The position numbers and the translations under genes were made by a program. DNA of 64,000 bases from Bryobacterales bacterium (GTDB lineage: Bacteria > Acidobacteriota > Terriglobia > Bryobacterales > UBA6623). Location of the stretch: positions 913,396-977,395 of the forward strand of contig CBDFIU010000002.1 of assembly GCA_965248235.1 (NCBI GenBank), in the 5' to 3' direction. Positions 9,605 to 17,360 of the stretch are shown piece after piece (the stretch's first letter is position 1; every line of letters starts with the position of its first letter). Under the pieces are notes generated by a model, which saw nothing but the letters and a program-made list of their open reading frames with translations, searched no databases and had not been told where the DNA came from.

Positions 9605-9697
9605 GTGTTTATTTTAGCGCCAGCCTGCAAACTTCGCGGATCGCTTTCACCGGCCCATCGAGGCCGCCGAAGACTTCCCGGATGGGAACCAAGTCTT

Positions 9698-10552
9698 TCA
9701 CCGGGACTTCCTGTAGGGCTTGCCGCGGAGGTAGATACTCCCTATCCCGTGGTGTCTGCGGGGGAACGGCGACCCTGGTTCCAGCGTCTCGATCAACGGG
9801 GTGACTTCCACCGCCACCACGTTGCTCGACTTTCGCTCAGGGAGGAAGTACTTCCTGTAGGGCTTGCCGCGGAGGTAGATACTCCCTCTCACGTCGATAA
9901 CGGCTTTTTCTTGATACTCCAACAGCTTTTTCACCCGGTCCGGCGTATTGCTTGTCGAAAGATTAAATACGTCGCTAAGCCGGATTCTCATCTTCTCGCC
10001 AGGCGCAAGCGAGCGCGTGGTCCGGGGGTCGTTCATCATGCCGTATGCGAGTTCGTAGGCGAAGGAGCCACTCTCGGGATATTCGTCCAGAATCAGTGAC
10101 ACCCCGGCCTTCAGCGTGTTCGGATCATTCCACGTCACGTCGCATATCGTGCCCCAGGGAATCAGGAACGGGGCGGCTCCCACATTCTCCAACTCGACCT
10201 CGTAGGTAACCTTGCCCCCCACCCTCAGCGGCAGCGGCTCGATGTCAACCAGCCGCAGGTCCAAGGGCAGACGGGGCGGCGGCGGGCCATGGATCAAGCC
10301 TCCTCCTGTTCCAACGACGATGCCGCTAATGGTCGTCGGTAGTTGGTCCTCGCACCATAAAGGCTTCGTCAAGTCAAGCGTCGGAATCGGCTCCTGGGCT
10401 TGCGCACCAACCCCCAGCAGGAACAGGCCAACAACGATAAGGTACCACCCGCGCTCGGGGCGCAGATCAGAGATTACTTCCCCGGTGGGAACCAAGACGG
10501 CCTCCCACGTTTCCGGGGCGGCGCTGGTGCTATGGATAATCGCAGTTCTCAT
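9698..10552 (-). CDS. Membrane-anchored hypothetical protein with a duplicated 3' end
   Basis: Track ORF with TM WYLIVVGLFLLGVGAQA. GSIYLRGKPYRK is encoded twice by a perfect 38-bp repeat. Confidence 0.55.
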   Translation of the reverse strand: MRTAIIHSTSAAPETWEAVLVPTGEVISDLRPERGWYLIVVGLFLLGVGAQAQEPIPTLDLTKPLWCEDQLPTTISGIVVGTGGGLIHGPPPPRLPLDLRLVDIEPLPLRVGGKVTYEVELENVGAAPFLIPWGTICDVTWNDPNTLKAGVSLILDEYPESGSFAYELAYGMMNDPRTTRSLAPGEKMRIRLSDVFNLSTSNTPDRVKKLLEYQEKAVIDVRGSIYLRGKPYRKYFLPERKSSNVVAVEVTPLIETLEPGSPFPRRHHGIGSIYLRGKPYRKSR

Positions 10553-10572
10553 TCCTCATACCGCGCTCGGCC

Positions 10573-10815
10573 TTAGCTGGCCGCGATCCGTCCGGTGATG
10601 GCCTCGCGCAACCCTTCCAGCAGCCCTTCGAGCTTGGCTTGGCTATGCTCCACCCGCGCCACGCGCTCTGCTAGCTGCTTCATGTCTTCTCGCAGCCGCG
10701 CCTCCATCCGGGCCATGTCCTCCCGCAGTCCGCGATTGCTGGTCAGGATCAGCCCGGACTGCGTTACTCCTATTGCCAGCACCGCAATCAAGACGCTGAT
10801 TAGCTCGACGCTCAT
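10573..10815 (-). CDS. Small N-terminal-TM plus coiled-coil protein (paralog of 7436..7663)
   Basis: RBS GGGAGG lies before ATG 10815. The protein starts MSVELISVLIAVLAIGVTQSGLIL and ends LEGLLEGLREAITGR. Confidence 0.6.
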   Translation of the reverse strand: MSVELISVLIAVLAIGVTQSGLILTSNRGLREDMARMEARLREDMKQLAERVARVEHSQAKLEGLLEGLREAITGRIAAS

Positions 10816-10928
10816 GCTTCCTCCCAATCAGTTCTGCCCATTCTCTCACGCCCCCTGAGGCTTTGGGGGAAGGGTAGCGCCCAAAATCGTACGAATTTAT
10901 ACGCTAAGCCTTTTTTCGGACGGTTTGC

Positions 10929-10998
10929 TCACAGCGTTCTCCCCGCCCACCGCACCTGTCCGACGATCCGGCCATTCTTCGGCCACGGCAGTGGTGAG
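10929..10998 (-). pseudogene. Orphan 3' fragment of an S24/CI repressor gene (copy F1)
   Basis: Encodes PLPWPKNGRIVGQVRWAGRTL-stop. Its 40-bp core is homologous to 15064-15103. Confidence 0.8.
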
Positions 10999-11003
10999 TA
11001 CTC

Positions 11004-11210
11004 CTACTGGTTAGTGTCCCCTGAGGGCTCGGTGGATTCGTCGGAATCCGTATCCGGCTCTTCGGGCTCGGTGGGTGCCGGCTCTGGCTCCGCCGGTGCC
11101 GTCGGTGCGGGTGCCGGGTCGGCGGTCGGCTCGGGCTCAGGGGTCTCCTGGCATCCGCCTAAGGCGAGCAACGTGATCGCCGTGAGTAGTGTTGCTGTTC
11201 GGATCTTCAT
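11004..11210 (-). CDS. Pro/Glu-rich lipoprotein
   Basis: Lipobox LALGGC and RBS AAGGAGG. The mature part is low-complexity PEPEPT. Confidence 0.6.
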   Translation of the reverse strand: MKIRTATLLTAITLLALGGCQETPEPEPTADPAPAPTAPAEPEPAPTEPEEPDTDSDESTEPSGDTNQ

Positions 11211-11286
11211 AGTTCCTACCTCCTTTGAAGGGGACTTATCTACCTGAGTCAGCCTAGCATGAAGGCATGCGTGTGGCTCGGTCGGC

Positions 11287-11340
11287 TCACAGCGTTCTCC
11301 CCGCCCACCGCACCTGTCCGATCACCTTGCCATCGACCAT
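11287..11340 (-). pseudogene. Orphan 3' fragment of an S24/CI repressor gene (copy F2)
   Basis: Encodes ...KVIGQVRWAGRTL-stop. It begins about 12 nt after the M23 peptidase stop. Confidence 0.8.
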
Positions 11341-11352
11341 GCAAGCGCTTGC

Positions 11353-12276
11353 TTACTGACCTGCTTGGTGCCGCACCGTCACTCCCTTGGCCACAACTTT
11401 GCCGTCAACTAAATCTAGCCCGCCCTCCGGCATTGGGGGTCCGTCGAGATCGCGGAAAAATAAAGGAAGGCCTTCGGCGAGGTTGATGGGTGGGCGAGAG
11501 CGCGGCTCTTGCCGCTGATGATGGATGTGAATGTGCGGCTCACTGCTATGGCCCGAGTTGCCACAGCGGCCGATCTCTTGGCCCTCGGTGACCTCGTCGC
11601 CTTCCTTCACCAGGACACTCCCTTGTTTGAGATGGGCGAGAACGAGATAGGTTTGGGTGTCGGGAAGCTGTAGGGAAATATGGTTTCCGAAGGGCTGAAG
11701 GGCATTCATCTCTCCCGGTGTTTCGTCGCGCACACCGTCTTCAGCAGCGGCTACACGCGCGGAGACCGGCGCGACGACTGGCAGGTCCCAACAACCATAA
11801 TCTTCAAGGTTCTTACTGCCGATGAAGTAGGGCTCGACCATCATGTCGTAAGCCCATCGCTGATCGGGGACAAGGGTGTGTTGGTTGACGGCCATGGTGT
11901 CGCCTCCCCAGGCGACTTTCAGGGGAACGTCGGCCGGCAGCCGCACCGTCGCCGAGGGTTGGACGGAGTTCACATCCGCCGGATAGGCGATCGGCAGGAT
12001 GCCGAACTGCCAGCACAACGGCCAGATCGCGAGAAGTGAGACGACGGTGGTTGCGATAACAGGGCGGCTCAGCCGGCGCTTCCACAGGACGTAGACGAAA
12101 GTCACCAGCAGACTCACCAACCCAAGCAGCGGGACAAGCTGCAACAGCAACAGCCAGGCGACGACGCCGGCAAAGCCCCCGGCCAGCACGAATCCTAAAC
12201 ACGCAAGAAGCGAGGATCCCAGAATTGACAAGGGCGTCCAGCGCAAGATGCGTCGGAGGGAGACGGAAATATTCAC
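11353..12276 (-). CDS. Membrane-anchored M23 (LytM-type) metallopeptidase
   Basis: N-terminal TM helices and the motif GNSGHSSEPHIHIH. The GTG start at 12276 overlaps the stop of fragment F3 (GTGA). The track ORF start at 12330 reads across the fragment in another frame. Confidence 0.75.
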   Translation of the reverse strand: MNISVSLRRILRWTPLSILGSSLLACLGFVLAGGFAGVVAWLLLLQLVPLLGLVSLLVTFVYVLWKRRLSRPVIATTVVSLLAIWPLCWQFGILPIAYPADVNSVQPSATVRLPADVPLKVAWGGDTMAVNQHTLVPDQRWAYDMMVEPYFIGSKNLEDYGCWDLPVVAPVSARVAAAEDGVRDETPGEMNALQPFGNHISLQLPDTQTYLVLAHLKQGSVLVKEGDEVTEGQEIGRCGNSGHSSEPHIHIHHQRQEPRSRPPINLAEGLPLFFRDLDGPPMPEGGLDLVDGKVVAKGVTVRHQAGQ

Positions 12277-12368
12277 AGCGTCCTCCCCGCCCACCGCACC
12301 TGTCCGACGACCCGGCCGTCTTTCGGCCACGGCAGCGGCGTGAGCTTCGGGTTGTCGCTGGCAAGCCA
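12273..12368 (-). pseudogene. Orphan 3' fragment of an S24/CI repressor gene (copy F3, about 32 codons)
   Basis: Encodes WLASDNPKLTPLPWPKDGRVVGQVRWAGRTL-stop. It aligns with the equivalent part of 14559..14870. Confidence 0.85.
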
Positions 12369-12374
12369 GTCTGG

Positions 12375-12806
12375 CTAACGCCTGTCGACGTCCACATCAG
12401 GGCTCCTGTCCTGAGATGCTCGAACGTGTATTAACTCAAAGCCTCGTGCAAGGACGTACGCCAGTAGTGCCACCACAAAGACCACCAGAAGCATCCAGGC
12501 AATACCCTGAAGCGTCTCGATGACGGTCCGATAGACCTCCAGTGTCCACCGCTCCGGAGTGAGGACCAAAACTTCCTCATCCTTCTGGGGTGCCGAAATA
12601 TACCGTTCCAGCTGATGGATGCGAACACCTGCCGAGATGCCGACAACGTACGCCGCAAACTTGATGTAGCGGTGCCATGCCCCGCTCAACTCCTCCGTTA
12701 CAATGCGATGCAGTATGGAAGCTATGGGACGGTCAAAGAGTCGCACAATACCATGCGACACCGTCAAAGCGATGAGAAAAGTGATGATCAGCAGTGCGAA
12801 GAACAT
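12375..12806 (-). CDS. Hypothetical multi-TM membrane protein
   Basis: Track ORF with hydrophobic segments at both ends. Confidence 0.55.
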   Translation of the reverse strand: MFFALLIITFLIALTVSHGIVRLFDRPIASILHRIVTEELSGAWHRYIKFAAYVVGISAGVRIHQLERYISAPQKDEEVLVLTPERWTLEVYRTVIETLQGIAWMLLVVFVVALLAYVLARGFELIHVRASQDRSPDVDVDRR

Positions 12807-12919
12807 AATCCGTGTATAATCTCTCAGCGCGGCCCGCTTGACTCCTGGCGAGCACTCATCAAGAGCTTACCTGAACTCGGTACCCTCCTTCCGTCGCTTT
12901 GGCGTTGTTGTTTTCTTCT

Positions 12920-12971
12920 TCACAGCGTCCTTCCCATCCACATCACCTGTCCGATCACCCGGCCCTCACTC
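12920..12971 (-). pseudogene. Orphan 3' fragment of an S24/CI repressor gene (copy F4)
   Basis: Encodes GRVIGQVMWMGRTL-stop. The core matches 15064-15103 at 38/40. It starts 4 nt after the S1 protease stop. Confidence 0.8.
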
Positions 12972-12974
12972 AAC

Positions 12975-14500
12975 TTACTTGATCGCGACCGTTACGGCGT
13001 TCAATGTGGTCCCATCGGCCGTAACGATCACGTCAACTTCGCCCGCACCCTTCAAACTGCGCGGCAGCGGCCCGATGTTAATCTGATCTAAGCCGCTGAA
13101 CTCCGGGCTAGGCACTGAGGCCAGGACCGCAACGTCCTTGCCACCGACTCTAGCTTCGAGCTGTATGGCATTACGAATGCCGGTTCCGAACAGACTCAGA
13201 AACAGCCGGTCGCCTTCGGGGCCGAGATCAATCGAAACGGCGATGAACTGCCCTTCCGAAGCGTCAAAGGGGTTTGACAACCAGCGAAAAACGTCCGGCG
13301 TCGAGCGCGAGCCGTCGGCGGAGACGCGAAGCGCTGTGATTGCCCCCACACCGCTTCCGGTCCCGTTGGCCGAGAAAAGCCCGGGAGCGACCCCGTTGAT
13401 CGCGATTGCCCATTCCGCCGCTATCTGCCCCTCGCGCGTCAGCCGCAGCCTGGCCGGTCCCGGTGCTGACTCGGCCGGCATCAGGAAATTGATCTGGCCC
13501 GGACTCACATAGAATAGTGGGCTCGCGTGCATTGCTCCCATACTGTCGATGATCTCAACTCGAGTGCCGGCCAGCTCAGTCGGAAGAGGGTGATCTGTAG
13601 CGAAGCCTGTTGTCTGGACTAAGCGCGTACCGAACAAACTTGCGATTGAACCGGGGGCAACTCCGGAAACGAAACTGGCCGCGTTCACGACCGCATTAAT
13701 CTGTTCATGAATCCAGTCTTGGATGGACGAGACTCGAGTAAAGACCCCCGGGTAGCCAGCTTCCGCTCCTCCTCCCATGGAAGTCACTCCCACCTGTCCC
13801 CAGTCGCCGCCCGGGAGCGGTACTACTAGAGGGCCTCCGCTGTCTCCGGACGAAATTCCCTTTCCCTCTATCCCGGCGCACAACGTGCGTTCATGCACGA
13901 CCTCGCTTATCCAAAAGGAATTCTCTCGGCAATCTTCTGGAGTTCGTAAAGAAATGTCTACCTTCCTCAGGATGCGAGGATTGCTGCCGTCATCTTGACG
14001 GCCCCAGCCGATGACGGTGGCGGTGGTGCCGGAAGGGGCATGTTGGGCCTCCTGCTCGGGAGCGAGGACTCTGACCGGAGCCACAGCGACCGACGGGAGA
14101 ATCTCGACCAGGGCGGCATCGTTTCTGAAGCCTGCTCCGGCATAGTAATAGTCCGGGTGGACGATCACTCGGACTATGATGTCTATTGTAATTTCCGGCT
14201 CAAACCCAAACCTTTCAACCAACTCTCGCCCTAGGAAAACGGAAATGTCGCGCGGGTTGGTCACGGACCCGTCATGATCGACCAGACAGTGCGCTGCGGT
14301 GAGGACCCAGTTCGGAGCAACGAGGCTTGCGGTACAGAAGTTGCTTGGAGTATCCGCGCTACAAAAGGCCACTCTCCGGGACCAACTTCCGTCCCGCCAA
14401 TGATGCCCCGGGGTTCGGGAAGTTCGGACTTGTCGGCGACCCCGCTTCCCGGAAAGGCCGCGAGCATCAACAATAACCATCTAATCACGTTGAGATTCAT
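12975..14500 (-). CDS. Secreted trypsin-like S1 serine protease with a Solibacter-type (TIGR03437-like) C-terminal domain, frameshifted near 14354-14358
   Basis: The signal peptide and IIGGTEVGPGEWPFVA are in frame of ORF 14261..14500. The rest (NFCTASLVAPNWVLTAAHC, GDSGGPL, VNAASF...GLDQINIGPLP) is in ORF 12975..14480. A 1-nt gap in GCGCGG joins them. Confidence 0.8.
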
Positions 14501-14558
14501 CCCGCGCCCTTGCTCACCCGCACTCCCGCGTCATCCATTTTCAGCTCGACCTCACTGT

Positions 14559-14870
14559 TCACAGCGTCCTCCCCGTCCACATCACCTGTCCGATCACCTT
14601 GCCTTCCCTCGGAAACGGAAGCGGCTTGTACACCGGGTTGTCGCTGGTAAGCCACCAGCGCTTGCGCTTCTTGGCCAGCCGCTTGACGATCACGCCATCC
14701 TCGGTCCGGACGACGAAGATGCGATTGTTGAGGCGGCGCACCCGTTGGTGATCAACCAGCATCACGGACCCTTCCTGAAGCGCGGGCTCCATCGAATCGC
14801 CCAGCACGTCGGCGCTCCTAGCCTTGTCGGCGTTGATCCCGCGTTTCAACGGCCAGTCCTCGGGGCACAC
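14559..14870 (-). CDS. S24 peptidase domain-only protein (copy F5, CI paralog lacking the HTH)
   Basis: GDSMEP and VKRL catalytic motifs. The last 40 nt are identical to the cI end. The upstream 42-codon ORF (14886-15014) is in the same frame across a TGA. Confidence 0.7.
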   Translation of the reverse strand: MCPEDWPLKRGINADKARSADVLGDSMEPALQEGSVMLVDHQRVRRLNNRIFVVRTEDGVIVKRLAKKRKRWWLTSDNPVYKPLPFPREGKVIGQVMWTGRTL

Positions 14871-15063
14871 CAGCTTGTTTATTTCTCAGTCGCTAACAAC
14901 TGCGGACCATGCGTGATTTGCTCGCACTGTCCATTTCCAATCTTCCAGAGTTGATGAAACCTTGTCTGAACGCTCAGAGCTGAAGCGAGCCTCATCTTCC
15001 AGTAACGCTGCCATGAGCGCGGTGGCGGATAGACCGGATCGGTGTTTTCGGTTGTCTTTTTCC

Positions 15064-15717
15064 TCACAGCGTCCTCCCCGTCCACATCACCTGTCCGATC
15101 ACCACGGCCTCGCGCGGCCACTTCACCGGTTTGTACTCCTTGTTGTCGCTCACCAGCAGCCAGTGATGGTTGTCGTGCATGAGCCGCTTGATTAGCGGGC
15201 CGTCGTCGGAGCGCACAGCGAAGATGCGGTTCTTGAGGCGGCGGGCGCGCTGGTGGTCGATCAGGATCATGGCCCCGTGGTGTAGCGTCGGCTCCATCGA
15301 ATGGCCGTGCACGTCGATCACGCTGCACTTGGCGGGGTTGAGTCCCTTCTTGCGCAGCCAGTCGCGGCGGAAGCCGATCTGCTTGACGACGTGCTCGCTG
15401 TCCACGAACGCACCGGGACCCGCCGAGCCGAGAACGCCGTACTTGCCGACCCAGGCTAGCTCGGGATCGGCTTCCTGGTGAAAGAGTTCGGCGGCGGGGG
15501 CCGGGTCGTCGGTGAGGCTGTAAAGATAATCCGTCGAGACACCTAGGACCTTTGCCGCCGCCAATAAGTTTTCTGCCGACATACCCGATCGACCGCGCTC
15601 AATCATTGAAATCATTGGCCGAGTGTAGTTGCCAATTTTGGCGGCCAGTTGGAGTTGGGAAAGCCGCCGGAGTCGGCGGGCTTCCTGGATGCGTCTGCCA
15701 ACAACTTCCACACCCAT
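15064..15717 (-). CDS. CI/LexA-like repressor (XRE HTH plus S24 autopeptidase)
   Basis: HTH LSQLQLAAKIGNYTRPMISMIERG, S24 motifs GHSMEP and IKRL. It is divergent from the cro-like gene. ATG 15717 was chosen inside track ORF 15064..15894. Confidence 0.85.
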   Translation of the reverse strand: MGVEVVGRRIQEARRLRRLSQLQLAAKIGNYTRPMISMIERGRSGMSAENLLAAAKVLGVSTDYLYSLTDDPAPAAELFHQEADPELAWVGKYGVLGSAGPGAFVDSEHVVKQIGFRRDWLRKKGLNPAKCSVIDVHGHSMEPTLHHGAMILIDHQRARRLKNRIFAVRSDDGPLIKRLMHDNHHWLLVSDNKEYKPVKWPREAVVIGQVMWTGRTL

Positions 15718-15740
15718 ACGATAACAAGGAAACTTTTTTC

Positions 15741-15769
15741 TTGACAGGTCAGTGAGACTTACATATACT
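15741..15769 (+). promoter_or_regulatory. PR-like promoter: TTGACA, 17 nt spacer, TATACT
   Basis: A consensus -35 and a near-consensus -10 read directly from the sequence. It lies in the 60-bp cI/cro intergenic region. Confidence 0.65.
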
Positions 15770-15788
15770 CGGGGTAAGTGACACTTAC
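15750..15788. promoter_or_regulatory. Operator candidates: AGTGAGACTTAC (15750-15761) and the palindrome GTAAGTGACACTTAC (15774-15788)
   Basis: Two copies of AGTGA-N-ACTTAC. The first lies inside the promoter spacer. The second is a perfect 7-1-7 palindrome over the cro start. Confidence 0.55.
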
Positions 15789-16026
15789 TGTGCGTAAGGG
15801 CATCAACCGTCTCCGGGGTCGCCTCGCGGAGCTGGGTGTGACCCAGCAGGACCTCGCAGACCTTCTCGGGATCAACCCGACCCTGCTGAACCACATTCTC
15901 AAGGGCCGCCGCCCCCCTCCCCCCGACTTCTTCGAGAAGGTCAACGCAGCCCTCGACCGCCTGGAGCGGGCGGAGAAGGCGGCTCAGGAAGCGAAGGAAA
16001 AGGTGCTCAACGAGGGGGTGGCGTGA
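15778..16026 (+). CDS. Cro-like HTH regulator
   Basis: HTH GVTQQDLADLLGINPTLLNHILKG. GTG 15778 lies about 8 nt after the -10 (possibly leaderless). An alternative in-frame GTG is at 15790. Confidence 0.75.
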   Translation: MTLTVRKGINRLRGRLAELGVTQQDLADLLGINPTLLNHILKGRRPPPPDFFEKVNAALDRLERAEKAAQEAKEKVLNEGVA

Positions 16027-16074
16027 TGGATGAGCAGCGAGTCCGCAAGATCGTCCGCGAGGAATTGGCGAAGC

Positions 16075-16275
16075 TCATGTCCCGGCCTCGCTTAAAGAAT
16101 TGGCCTCGTCCCAAGCCTGAAGAAGCGCGTCTTGGTCAGCGTCCAAAAGTACGCCCTTCGAGTGGAGAATCTCGATGAGGCCCGTAAGCGCGTACGAGGC
16201 GCCGGGTAGCACATGTCCGCGCTGGTGGTCTTCGTCTATTCGCTTCTTGCTTAATTTCTTCCAGTCTTCTGCCAC
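16075..16275 (-). CDS. Hypothetical small protein, antisense to the early operon
   Basis: Track ORF with a GTG start and plausible composition. Confidence 0.3.
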   Translation of the reverse strand: MAEDWKKLSKKRIDEDHQRGHVLPGASYALTGLIEILHSKGVLLDADQDALLQAWDEANSLSEAGT

Positions 16276-16386
16276 AGGGGGTTCCCCCGTTGATTGATTG
16301 GTTGTTTGGCGGCACCCATTTTATATCACCGGGGGAACCCCCGTCTATCCAGGGGATTGCGTGAGAGGCAAAGAAGGAGAAAACGA

Positions 16387-16833
16387 ATGCCGATAGAGAT
16401 CCTACACCGCCACACACGCGCCGTTCTATTCAGTAGCCCGGCCGATACGATCGCTGGCGCCGTTCAGGAGGCGATAAAGACTCGGGCGGACCTCGGCGGG
16501 GCGGACCTCCGCGAGGCGTACCTCGGCGGGGCGTACCTCCGCGGGGCGGACCTCGGCGGCGTCTTGGCCGAACACTGCTCCCGCATCCTCACGGCGGCAA
16601 GCGGTTCCGGGTATCAAATGGTGTTCGTCCGCCACTCCGACGGCGTGTCGGTGCACGCGGGTTGCCGCAATGTTCCCTCCCTGGCCGAGGCCCGCGAGCA
16701 CTGGCGGAAGGGGAAGGATTGCGAGCCGGACCACCTGGCCGACTGCGTTGCCGCGCTGGAGTATCTCGAGGCGCTGGCGAAGCGGCGCGGCTGGGACCTC
16801 GGCGAAGAGCCCGGCAAGGAGGCGGTGGCATGA
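16387..16833 (+). CDS. Short pentapeptide-repeat protein
   Basis: RBS AAGGAG. Repeats ADLGGADLREAYLGGAYLRGADLGG. Confidence 0.6.
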   Translation: MPIEILHRHTRAVLFSSPADTIAGAVQEAIKTRADLGGADLREAYLGGAYLRGADLGGVLAEHCSRILTAASGSGYQMVFVRHSDGVSVHAGCRNVPSLAEAREHWRKGKDCEPDHLADCVAALEYLEALAKRRGWDLGEEPGKEAVA

Positions 16834-17042
16834 GCGCGGCGGTCACGGGCTTCCTCGCTCTGCGAGGAGGCAAGGCCGTGAGCTTCAGCCGCCGAAGAAT
16901 CGTACTCTGTCCGATCTGCGGATTCCTTTCGCTGGTCGTGGCCGTGATCCGGGGCGGTCTGTTTGGAGCCCGCCGCTTACGCTGGTCGCGGGTGATGTGC
17001 CTGAGAGGGCATCGGTCGATGACGGCCGGAGTGGAGGGGTAA
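16830..17042 (+). CDS. Hypothetical small protein (ATGA-coupled)
   Basis: The start overlaps the previous stop. It contains a CPICG motif and a hydrophobic segment. Confidence 0.3.
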   Translation: MSAAVTGFLALRGGKAVSFSRRRIVLCPICGFLSLVVAVIRGGLFGARRLRWSRVMCLRGHRSMTAGVEG

Positions 17043-17048
17043 TGACGC

Positions 17049-17312
17049 CTATAGGTCCTCGTCAGGAGGAATCATGCGCACCAGCCGGAATAAGACTTTC
17101 TGAAGTTCAGAAAGCTGCGATTGAGCAACTTCGTCAGGCCGGGATAACCGGATTTCGGCTTCCATCGAACGCTCAAGAGCTTTCAGAAAGAGATCGGTCG
17201 AACCTGGAAAATGCGCTTTGTCGAGCTGTCGAACGGCGCGTGCTACGGCGGTCAAGTACACCACTGCCAACTCAAGAGAAAGGTTAACCGGAGTGTCGCC
17301 ATTAGAGTTCAT
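17049..17312 (-). CDS. Hypothetical 87-aa protein on the opposite strand
   Basis: RBS GGAGG lies 6 nt before ATG 17312. It sits in a locally lower-GC stretch and competes with a plus-strand ORF. Confidence 0.4.
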   Translation of the reverse strand: MNSNGDTPVNLSLELAVVYLTAVARAVRQLDKAHFPGSTDLFLKALERSMEAEIRLSRPDEVAQSQLSELQKVLFRLVRMIPPDEDL

Positions 17313-17360
17313 GCTGTCCTCCCCGCGCAGAAGCAAATCATACCAACCGGAGGTTTCCGC

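Noticed and set aside
10929-15103. Diversity-generating retroelement (template/variable repeats at gene 3' ends)
   Set aside because: There is no reverse transcriptase gene in or near the array. There are six copies rather than a TR/VR pair. The differences are not adenine-specific.
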